From: Promethearchaeota archaeon Loki_b32
Lineage (GTDB): Archaea > Asgardarchaeota > Lokiarchaeia > Sigyniarchaeales > SOKP01
Assembly: GCA_005223125.1 (NCBI GenBank)
Contig: NJBH01000053.1
Coordinates: forward strand, 1-18,210
Direction of reading: 5' to 3'
DNA: 18,210 nucleotides
Position numbers and translations under genes: made by a program. The notes under the pieces were generated by a model. That model was given only the letters and a program-made list of their open reading frames with translations. It was not told the DNA's origin and ran no database searches. Numbering within the stretch: position 1 is the stretch's first letter; the number at the start of each line of letters is the position of its first letter. Below, in pieces: positions 9,402 through 16,732 of this stretch.

Positions 9402-9684
9402 TAACGTTTTTGAAGGATTAATGAATCCTGAATTTCAAATATTTGGATTCCTTATGGGAATTGTATATTATTTAGAACTCGTTAATTGGTTTTATGCTGT
9501 GAAGCATGTAGATGTGTCTGTGGCTAGCATGATTACCACCCCTACTCCTGTAATCACTATGGCTTTTGTTTTATTCATATTAAAAGAATCTATTGAACTA
9601 TATCAAATAATCGCCATGATCATCGTGTTTTTGAGCTTATATGGCTTATTATGGTCAGGAAGAGAAAAACATCATAAAAAGTAA
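9337..9684 (+). pseudogene. 3' stub of an EamA/DMT family transporter
   Basis: Frame opens after TAG 9334-9336: NFRVLISCILLFGMSS...WFYAVKHVDVSVASMITTPTPVITMAFVLFILKESI. Only most of one EamA repeat is present. Confidence 0.7.
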
Positions 9685-9710
9685 GGTTACCAAATCAAAA
9701 ATATTCTTTA

Positions 9711-10703
9711 TCAATTTATATTAATAATTAGAAAAGGGTTTAATAAAAAAGAAATAAAAATAATTAGTAATCCATAGAAAACTAATAGAAAAAGAATTTC
9801 TTTTCTGTTCTCTGGTAAATCTTTTTTAAATACCAACCTCATTGGCATAGTAAATATTGATTTAAATATTTTAGGAATTGGAATTAAAAATGATACTTTT
9901 TTTTGATACTCAGAATACTTTTCTGGAAATTTATTATTCATTAAGATTTCCTCATATAACGCAACCCCCGTAATTATCATTGCCGAGAGATACCAAGTAA
10001 ATGTATATTCAAAAATTATCCCACCACGTGGCAAACTTTTAGGTATTAATGTTAAGAGATATATACCATAACTCCAGAGAAGATATCCTAAATATTGAGG
10101 ATGGCGTGAATATTTATAAATAGAAAAATCAAAAATATCTTTTTTTTTAAGAACTCCTTGAAGCCAAGTAATTACTCCAAAGGAAAATATCACAAGTCCA
10201 ATTAAAATAATTCCATAGCTAAAATAAAGTATAAATAAATATTTATTCATTGAAAACGATGCGAAATATTCAATGATAATATAAGGCAATTTAATAATAG
10301 ATCCAAAAGATAATAGATTATATTCACATGAATCTAAAGGTAATAGAATAACCTGAAATGCTTGAATGCCTAAAAGCCAAAACATCCCCCCAAAAAAATG
10401 TGCAAAGGTAGGTATAAATAAAATAAAAGACCCAATAGAAGATATTGTTAACTTTTTTATTATAAAACCTAATATAATAATTATTAAAATAATACAAAGA
10501 CATATTAAACCAATGTATCGAAAATAAGATAATTCAGCATCAGAAATAATGAAGGAAACCACTGGAAATATTGGTTTTAATAATATATGTAATCGAAGAA
10601 GAATAATGAACTCAATAGTTAAATAATACAAACTAATGGAAAATAAAATTCCTAATGATATAACTATTAGATTTTGTAATATTTTAGATATTCGCAAGAG
10701 CAA
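9711..10703 (-). CDS. ICMT/PEMT/DUF1295-superfamily membrane methyltransferase-like protein
   Basis: IYKYSRHPQYLG and YEEILMNNKFPEKYSEYQKKVSFLIP motifs; many TM helices; start (TTG) uncertain. Confidence 0.8.
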   Translation of the reverse strand: MLLRISKILQNLIVISLGILFSISLYYLTIEFIILLRLHILLKPIFPVVSFIISDAELSYFRYIGLICLCIILIIIILGFIIKKLTISSIGSFILFIPTFAHFFGGMFWLLGIQAFQVILLPLDSCEYNLLSFGSIIKLPYIIIEYFASFSMNKYLFILYFSYGIILIGLVIFSFGVITWLQGVLKKKDIFDFSIYKYSRHPQYLGYLLWSYGIYLLTLIPKSLPRGGIIFEYTFTWYLSAMIITGVALYEEILMNNKFPEKYSEYQKKVSFLIPIPKIFKSIFTMPMRLVFKKDLPENRKEILFLLVFYGLLIIFISFLLNPFLIININ

Positions 10704-10733
10704 TAATCTAGTTATTCATTCAAAATTAAATAA

Positions 10734-11042
10734 TTTTCTATTGTTTCTATAAATCAGCCAAATGTTGAGAAAATAAAGCAACAATTAGAACCTCTTACTC
10801 TTCAAATCGTAAGATATTTAGTCATTGAATTTTATGTTCCTGCAAACTGTATTTTACGAGAATTTTCTGGTGAAGGCTTTCATATTTGGATAAAGTTAGA
10901 ACCTTTTACCATCCTTAAAAGAGCTTTTGATTTGAAGATTCATTTTAAAAAAAGTTTTAGGTTTTTTATCTTAAAAAAAGAATTTATACTTAAGAAGAAC
11001 AAAAGGAATTTTTTTATACCTATAGGTAGAGCCCTTGTATGA
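10734..11042 (+). pseudogene. Fragment of an archaeo-eukaryotic primase (AEP/prim-pol)-like protein
   Basis: ATG-less open frame: ...QPNVEKIKQQLEPLTLQIVRYLVIEFYVPANCILREFSGEGFHIWIKLEP..., matching AEP motif II (SGxGxHxW). Motif I (DxD) is absent. Confidence 0.5.
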
Positions 11043-11085
11043 AGTTTAATTCTTTAATATTCTCAGCTTTAATTCAGAGCTAAAT

Positions 11086-11101
11086 CAAAAATTTTATTTA
11101 A
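11086..11101 (+). promoter_or_regulatory. Putative BRE/TATA of the rpl7ae-rps28e operon
   Basis: CAAAAA followed by TTTTATTTAA, about 25 nt upstream of the structured leader. Weak evidence in such AT-rich DNA. Confidence 0.35.
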
Positions 11102-11126
11102 TATCCTTTACTACTGTTCTCATACT

Positions 11127-11180
11127 ATCTCGATGATTTATGAAAATATATCTTAAATTAAATATATTTGAAGGAGATGA
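11127..11180 (+). promoter_or_regulatory. K-turn-containing 5' leader of rpl7ae overlapping the Shine-Dalgarno
   Basis: AAATATAT (11144-11151) pairs with ATATATTT (11162-11169). Tandem G11142-A11171 and A11143-G11170, 3-nt bulge TAT. SD GGAGATGA at 11173-11180 forms the 3' arm. Confidence 0.7.
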
Positions 11181-11186
11181 TTAAAT

Positions 11187-11558
11187 ATTTCTTATGTTAA
11201 ATTTAAAATTCCGGATAAATTGAAAACCCAGCTTAAGAATGCTTTAACTACCATTGCTGAAACTAGGGATTCAAAGATTCGAAAAGGTATGAATGAAGTC
11301 ACTAAATCTATAGAAAGAGTTCTGGCAAAGATAGTCGTTATGGCTGAAGATGTCAGTCCTCCTGAGATTCTTTTTCACATTCCACTTTTATGCGAGGAAA
11401 AAGGAATTCCCTATGGCTATCTTTCCACTAAGAAAGAACTTGGAAATGTTGTTAGAATTAATGTATCCTCAAGTGCAATAGCTATCGAAAACGTTGGTAC
11501 TGGAAATGAAAGTGTATTAGATGATGTTGTAAAAAAATTAGAGGAAATCAAAAAGTAA
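11187..11558 (+). CDS. rpl7ae: 50S ribosomal protein L7Ae; probable ATT start
   Basis: RKGMNEVTKSIER, AEDVSPPEI, LCEEKGIPY. The family N-terminus SYVKFKIP lies upstream of the track's TTG (11220), directly after ATT 11187. In-frame TGA at 11178-11180. Confidence 0.95.
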   Translation: MSYVKFKIPDKLKTQLKNALTTIAETRDSKIRKGMNEVTKSIERVLAKIVVMAEDVSPPEILFHIPLLCEEKGIPYGYLSTKKELGNVVRINVSSSAIAIENVGTGNESVLDDVVKKLEEIKK

Positions 11559-11576
11559 TTATTTTGGTGAGATTAT

Positions 11577-11822
11577 TTGGTTAAATTAGATAAATCTAAA
11601 GGGCGTTCTATTCATGACTTCTCAATTCCGGCACAAGTGATTCAAATTATAGGACGAACTGGGCTTACAGGAGAAATCACTCAGATTAAAGTTCGCATTC
11701 TTGAAGGTCCAGATAGAAATCGAATTCTCACTCGTAATGTAAAAGGACCTATTCGCATAAACGATATTGTAATTCTACGGGAAGTAGAGCGCGAAGCACG
11801 TAAAATTCGAAAACGTAGATAG
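11577..11822 (+). CDS. rps28e: 30S ribosomal protein S28e
   Basis: [53 protein letters not shown]; GGTGA + 6 nt + TTG. Confidence 0.96.
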   Translation: MVKLDKSKGRSIHDFSIPAQVIQIIGRTGLTGEITQIKVRILEGPDRNRILTRNVKGPIRINDIVILREVEREARKIRKRR

Positions 11823-12018
11823 AGCTCTTATTTAATACAACAAACCTAAATTCAAATTTTTTACGTAACTGTTTCTCAAATCTTTAAACCTTAAATCTGA
11901 TTAAATCTTTTTTAAATCCAATTTATTTACTGTCGCTGACACTTCCTCCTTTTAATATCATTCACTATAGTTTAATTATTCTTTGCTGCTGTGCTTTCAA
12001 ATGCTATTGGAGTTAGTA

Positions 12019-12032
12019 CCATTATATAATGG
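12019..12032. promoter_or_regulatory. 14-bp perfect palindrome upstream of the NusA-like gene
   Basis: CCATTATATAATGG; overlaps one arm of an AGTACCAT (12015-12022) / ATGGTACT (12042-12049) inverted repeat. Confidence 0.3.
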
Positions 12033-12077
12033 AAGGTTTTTATGGTACTTTATTAATCTAGCTTATGATATATTTTC

Positions 12078-12599
12078 ATGTTTTATACAATTCTCGAAGA
12101 TTTAATTTTATATCAACAATTAGCCTTTAAACCTTCAAAATATTCAAATTATGAGCTTAAGCTTTTTAAATATTTCTATGACAAGACCCAAATTGATTTA
12201 TCATACTTAATCATCATGAAGATCGAAGGAGTCGATTTCATTTTTTTATTTGTTAAACAGGATAAATACTTTGAAGCAAGATCATATTTAAAATCAATAA
12301 GACATCAGATTAATCTAGTTAATAAAAAAGTTATGATAATTAGAGTTGATAATATCCTGATAAATCTCATCTTTAATTTGTTTCCTGATTTATGTATACA
12401 TGATATAGAAATTGAAACAAACAATTTAAAAAGAAGATATGAAATATCGATTTGTTTCTTAAAAGATTTAAATACTTACCACATTGCTGTTGGTCAAAAT
12501 GGGCGTTATATTAAAGCAATTAATAAATTTTTTGATAATCATATTAGTTTTAAAAACGTTAATACTCCTCTAACAATTAAGTGTAAAGCAGTTAATTAG
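12078..12599 (+). CDS. Divergent archaeal NusA-like KH-domain protein
   Basis: C-terminal KH loop IAVGQNGRYIKAI. Spacing (F..T, IFLFVK, KKVMII, LIFNLFP) follows two-KH archaeal NusA; the first GxxG is absent. Confidence 0.6.
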   Translation: MFYTILEDLILYQQLAFKPSKYSNYELKLFKYFYDKTQIDLSYLIIMKIEGVDFIFLFVKQDKYFEARSYLKSIRHQINLVNKKVMIIRVDNILINLIFNLFPDLCIHDIEIETNNLKRRYEISICFLKDLNTYHIAVGQNGRYIKAINKFFDNHISFKNVNTPLTIKCKAVN

Positions 12600-12608
12600 A
12601 GTGAGATC

Positions 12609-13193
12609 TCATTCCAGTAATTTACTCAATTCAACGATTAACCAACAAAGCTCATCATACGTAGATGAAGATTTATAAATCTCTTTTGTCTTTTTCTTTA
12701 AATCATTTTCAGAGACTTTCTCTTTCCCTTTTAAAAATGACATCTGTAATTCTGCAAGTTTTCTACATAAATCTTCATAAGAATGGTTTTCTTGTGAAAG
12801 ATTATGGGAAGCAATGGTAATTTCCGCTTCAAAATCCGGATCAATTCCCGCTTCGATAAGTTCTTGAGTTTCATTAAATCGAATTTTTAATTCGGGTCTC
12901 TTTTCCATAGAGTCAACTGTTTTCAATCCTTTTTTCAAAATATCCATTATTGCTAAAAATGAGCCATATTCTTGATTTTGATTTAATATTTTGATTTCAG
13001 TTGATTTCTTTCTTTGATCCTTTAATTTTTCAGTTCTCTTTATACTTAAGTCTTTTTTTTTCTTAGAAGCCTTTGACCCGAACCATAGGTATAAGACTTT
13101 AAAAGCTTCAATTAGAAAAACTTTATTTTCGTCAAAATCCACCTTATTTATCTTTCTTAGAGCCCCATTTTCAGTTACACTATAAATTATCAT
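12609..13193 (-). CDS. Single gelsolin domain plus helical C-terminal domain (Asgard 1DGelX-like)
   Basis: VFLIEAFKVLYLWFGSKAS...ILNQNQEYGSFL gelsolin core; internal repeat SYEDLCRKLAEL / TYDELCWLIVEL. Confidence 0.78.
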   Translation of the reverse strand: MIIYSVTENGALRKINKVDFDENKVFLIEAFKVLYLWFGSKASKKKKDLSIKRTEKLKDQRKKSTEIKILNQNQEYGSFLAIMDILKKGLKTVDSMEKRPELKIRFNETQELIEAGIDPDFEAEITIASHNLSQENHSYEDLCRKLAELQMSFLKGKEKVSENDLKKKTKEIYKSSSTYDELCWLIVELSKLLE

Positions 13194-13286
13194 TGATATT
13201 TTTTAAGGAGTTAGGATAATATATTGAAAGTAAGTAAACTAGTGTTATAAATTTTAACTAAGAGTAAATAAGGAGATACTGACTGT

Positions 13287-13496
13287 TTAAGACCCTTCTC
13301 CAAAAAATCCTAATAATTTAAGATTATTATACTCATTGTGAAGAAAATCTCTTAAAGCAGTTCTTATTGCTTCACTACGGGATGCACAAATCTTCATACC
13401 AATTAATTTCTTAATATTTTGATCATAAATTTCGGGCAAATTAATGGTAATATTTACCATTTTTTTTTTAATTTTCTTTTTGTCAGTACTTGTCAT
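13287..13496 (-). CDS. Ribbon-helix-helix (CopG/CdrS-like) regulator
   Basis: VNITINLP...SRSEAIRTALRDFL; GGAGGT SD upstream. Confidence 0.85.
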   Translation of the reverse strand: MTSTDKKKIKKKMVNITINLPEIYDQNIKKLIGMKICASRSEAIRTALRDFLHNEYNNLKLLGFFGEGS

Positions 13497-13645
13497 TTAA
13501 ATACCTCCACTAAACTTTATTTTTAAAACTCTCTTATTTTTAAAGATAAAGGTGAATTAGAATGTAGATATATCCATTGCCCTTAATTTATCCACTCTTT
13601 CTAATATAAAATTATAAGTTAAGATAAGATATAAATTATTCTGAT

Positions 13646-13696
13646 TGTTCATCTAAGACAAAAATTATTTTGAATCTTTATTTAGTTAGATGAACA
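13646..13696. repeat. 11-bp perfect inverted repeat with a 29-bp spacer
   Basis: TGTTCATCTAA (13646-13656) and TTAGATGAACA (13686-13696). Confidence 0.6.
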
Positions 13697-13786
13697 TTTT
13701 GCATTGTAAATTAATAGTCTTGTTGAAAATATTTTAGTAAATTCATATAAATGCTTTTAGGCATAGTAGAAGATTATAGATAATAT

Positions 13787-14461
13787 TTATAATCTATCTT
13801 CTGGCTTTATATATCTACCACGGGATTCAATCGCCTTTATGTTTTTAATGATTTCATCGCATTCATTAATATCTATCTCTCTGTATCTTGACCTATATCC
13901 TTCAAGAAACGCATTGAAACAATATTCATAATTTGATCCACGAGAAGAGATCAAAACTCTCTTTAAGAGGTGTAAATCAACACTCTTGTCCTCTATAGTA
14001 TCAGAATATTCATGTAATCCAAAATCAATAAGAAAAATATTTCCTTCAGAAGTTATTATTATATTACTCGTAGTTATATCTCCATGGATATGTCCATTTT
14101 TATGTAAAGTTGCTATAGTTCTACCAATTTCATAGAAATACTTTTTCTTCAGATCATCATCTAAATTAGCTAAAATATCTTTTAGCTTATTACCTTGAAT
14201 ATATTTCATAACTATTGTGGAAGTAGTTGAGTCAATTTCAAATACTTGTGGTACATTTATTCCATAATTTTTTACTTTTATCAGAGCTCTTGCTTCGTTT
14301 AGTGTTCTTTCTGTTCTAATTCTTTTATCTAATTCTTCTATGCGATATTTTTTTGGAATCCTACACTTAAAAATAACATTTTTTCCAAACCAATATCCAG
14401 AATAAAGACTTGCTTCGGCACCTTTTCTAATTATTTTTTCTTTCTTCACATCAGAACTCAA
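13787..14461 (-). CDS. bud32: KEOPS kinase/ATPase Bud32
   Basis: KGAEA, K.RIPKKYR, RTLNEAR, HGDITTSN, IDFGL, EDKSVDL, RGRY; follows kae1. Confidence 0.95.
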   Translation of the reverse strand: MSSDVKKEKIIRKGAEASLYSGYWFGKNVIFKCRIPKKYRIEELDKRIRTERTLNEARALIKVKNYGINVPQVFEIDSTTSTIVMKYIQGNKLKDILANLDDDLKKKYFYEIGRTIATLHKNGHIHGDITTSNIIITSEGNIFLIDFGLHEYSDTIEDKSVDLHLLKRVLISSRGSNYEYCFNAFLEGYRSRYREIDINECDEIIKNIKAIESRGRYIKPEDRL

Positions 14462-14467
14462 TTTTTT

Positions 14468-15484
14468 CTAGGACCTCCAAGGAATTGTTATTTGATCCAT
14501 TCTTTCCTTAGGTTTGATAATTGTATCAGAGATAGTATGGCTACCTTCAGCTTGATATCTTAAGATTCCTGTCCATCCAATCATAACTCCATTGTCTCCT
14601 GCATATTTTAACGGTACGACTTCAAACCTAGCATCATGCTCTTTACTGATATATTTTATCATTGATTGTAGTCTTTTATTTGCTGCCACACCTCCAGTTA
14701 GAAGAACTTCTCTTTTTTCTATATGGGCTAAAGCTCTTTCAGTAACTTCCGATAGCATGCCAAAAGCCGTTTCCTGTAAAGAATATGCAATATCATTTAA
14801 ATTATATTTCTTACCATACTCTCCAGATTGAAGTAAATACTTTGCCGCAGTATATAGTCCAGAAAATGATAAATCCATACCTTTTACAACATATGGTAAT
14901 GGAATATAATTATCTGATTTTGAAGCTAGTTTTTCAATTTTTGGACCACCAGGATGCTGTAAGCCAGCATCGCGAGCAAATGAATCTATCATATTACCAA
15001 TTGCTAAATCTAATGTCTCACCAAAAATTTGATATCTGTTTGACTCAAAAGCACTAACTATAGTATTTCCACCACTTACATAAAGCGTAAGAGGATCTTC
15101 AATATTGCATTTTAAGCGTCCGATTTCAATATGTGCTATACAATGATTAACTCCTACTATAGGAATATCTAGCATTTGACTTAACATACGAGAAATCCAA
15201 GCCCCTATTTTTAAAACAGGACCTAAACCAGGACTTTGGCTGAAAGCAATTAAGTTTATGTTATTAACTGAAATTTGAGCTTCAGAAAGAGCACTATTTA
15301 TAATCTTCATAAAGTTGTTTAGATGTTGTTCCCTAACTAAACCAGGATGGAGTCCTCCTTCTTCAGGTATAAAAATATCGTTTATAAGGCTATATATATT
15401 TCCATCAAAGTCTAGAATACCTACTGAAAATGTATGTGCCGTAGATTCAATGCCTAAACATAACTTCTTCATTAATTTCGCCAA
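14468..15484 (-). CDS. kae1: tRNA N6-threonylcarbamoyltransferase Kae1
   Basis: LGIESTAHT, GVNHCIAHIE, YVSGGNT, GETLDLAIGN, GMDLSFSG, GGVAAN, GDNGVMI. Start is TTG 15484 or ATG 15472. Confidence 0.96.
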   Translation of the reverse strand: MAKLMKKLCLGIESTAHTFSVGILDFDGNIYSLINDIFIPEEGGLHPGLVREQHLNNFMKIINSALSEAQISVNNINLIAFSQSPGLGPVLKIGAWISRMLSQMLDIPIVGVNHCIAHIEIGRLKCNIEDPLTLYVSGGNTIVSAFESNRYQIFGETLDLAIGNMIDSFARDAGLQHPGGPKIEKLASKSDNYIPLPYVVKGMDLSFSGLYTAAKYLLQSGEYGKKYNLNDIAYSLQETAFGMLSEVTERALAHIEKREVLLTGGVAANKRLQSMIKYISKEHDARFEVVPLKYAGDNGVMIGWTGILRYQAEGSHTISDTIIKPKERMDQITIPWRS

Positions 15485-15589
15485 ATTTTCAATTTAAAGT
15501 AGTAGCATTTAAGGTAAAGATGGATGACAATTTTAAAAATATAGGGATTTTATTGTTCACACGTATATCATACATATTATACGTTAACT

Positions 15590-15799
15590 TTACGCTTTTG
15601 AGCGTTTTCGAGGAGATCTTCTTGGAGCTCTAGTAGTTTTTGTTGATCCCTTTCTTTTAAATACAGCATAGCCGCATTTTCCGCAACTCCAACGATCGTA
15701 GTGATTAGCTAGAAAATAACTTGGACCGCATTTTGGGCATGATCTATGAGTTCTGATTAGTTTGCCCCCTTCAATTTTATAATAATTTGAGGAATTCAT
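15590..15799 (-). CDS. rps27ae: 30S ribosomal protein S27ae (eS31), no ubiquitin fusion, basic C-terminal tail
   Basis: YYKIEGGKL.R...CPKCGPSYFLANHYDRWSCGKCG. Confidence 0.95.
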   Translation of the reverse strand: MNSSNYYKIEGGKLIRTHRSCPKCGPSYFLANHYDRWSCGKCGYAVFKRKGSTKTTRAPRRSPRKRSKA

Positions 15800-15822
15800 G
15801 TTGATTTTACTCTATTTTATGA

Positions 15823-16176
15823 TTAATATTCAAATAAATGTTTAAAAGATTCTTTTCTCTTTTTCAATTGATAGACTTCGGCTCGTTTATCTTTTTCAAG
15901 ATTCCGTACTTGGATGTGTAGGGGTTCATAATATTGAAGCTCTTTAGCATCAATATATATATAAACTTTTCCAATAGCATAAGAAGCTCCAAAGCGTGTA
16001 TCGAGTTTTTTTATTATTGTTAATTTTTCATCGCTACCTTGTAGTGCGGCAATTTTTTTCTTCACTTCTAATCTATTTGGAGTACCTTTTCCAAAATGAT
16101 CAATTCTAAATGTTAATTCTGTTCGCTCTATTAACGGGTTTTTCTTCTCTTCCGTTATTTCAATATTTAATGACAT
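15823..16176 (-). CDS. rps24e: 30S ribosomal protein S24e
   Basis: KKNPLIERTEL, TPNRLEVKKKIA, TRFG...GKVYIY, EP.HI..RN; conserved rps24e-rps27ae-kae1 order. Confidence 0.95.
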   Translation of the reverse strand: MSLNIEITEEKKNPLIERTELTFRIDHFGKGTPNRLEVKKKIAALQGSDEKLTIIKKLDTRFGASYAIGKVYIYIDAKELQYYEPLHIQVRNLEKDKRAEVYQLKKRKESFKHLFEY

Positions 16177-16322
16177 TTTTACTGTTTAATTAATACGAAT
16201 TCTTTCTACTAATTAAAGATTTATAGTAAATTATATCATTTAAAAGAATAGATAAAAAATAAAATTTTGGTTTTTAATGTAATTTAGACTTATATAATAA
16301 ATTTTAAAATAGGATTAAATAC

Positions 16323-16409
16323 TTAGAATTGATCCATTATTTCTAAAACTTTTTTGACCTTTTCTTGAATTTTTTTGTCAACATCAACAATTACAATTCC
16401 TTCGGGAAT
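16323..16409 (-). pseudogene. 3' stub of GTP-dependent dephospho-CoA kinase (DUF359)
   Basis: IPEGIVIVDVDKKIQEKVKKVLEIMDQF* resembles the DUF359 C-terminus (P.EG.V.V.V....K..V...L..M) and sits at its usual position upstream of rps24e. The frame is closed by TGA about 12 codons upstream. Confidence 0.62.
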
Positions 16410-16650
16410 AACGCTTATAACGTGTGAAGAACAAATTTTTCGGTTTCAAGTGCTCTGTGAGCAATATCCCGAATTACAGAATCATAAAGCCATAAAAGTA
16501 GTGGATGAATCGACGATGAGAAAGATTAACAAGCTGTATCAGATGCAATTCGGGATGCGAACCTTTGAAAATCTGGAGATGAGGCTGAAAAACTATCTTG
16601 AGTGTCCCTTTATAATCGGTCCAAGTGTTTTGGATGAATTAAAAAATTAA
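16410..16650 (+). pseudogene. Probable 3' fragment of an unknown gene (part of track ORF 16375-16650)
   Basis: Open frame, GC-richer than its flanks; the first 12 codons of the track ORF are antisense to the DUF359 stub. Confidence 0.35.
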
Positions 16651-16732
16651 CTATTATTAAAAGATCATACTTAAATTCTTTATAAGAATAAAATGTTTTA
16701 GGTAGTTGGTAATTTGCATAGAATAGGCTCTA

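Noticed and set aside
11900-12022. Minus-strand AAAGGAGG and tiny ORFs (e.g. MVLTPIAFESTAAKNN)
   Set aside because: All frames close within about 16 codons; no supporting evidence.
14592-15497. Three + strand track ORFs
   Set aside because: Antisense shadows of kae1.
9028-16335. Shared 13-mer TTAGAATTGATCC at 9028-9040 and 16323-16335 as att sites
   Set aside because: Such matches are expected by chance in 18 kb of AT-rich DNA, and the interval contains core genes.
16396-16409. ATTCC-TTCG-GGAAT hairpin at the DUF359 breakpoint
   Set aside because: Only 5 bp, and explained by the IPEGI codons on the minus strand.
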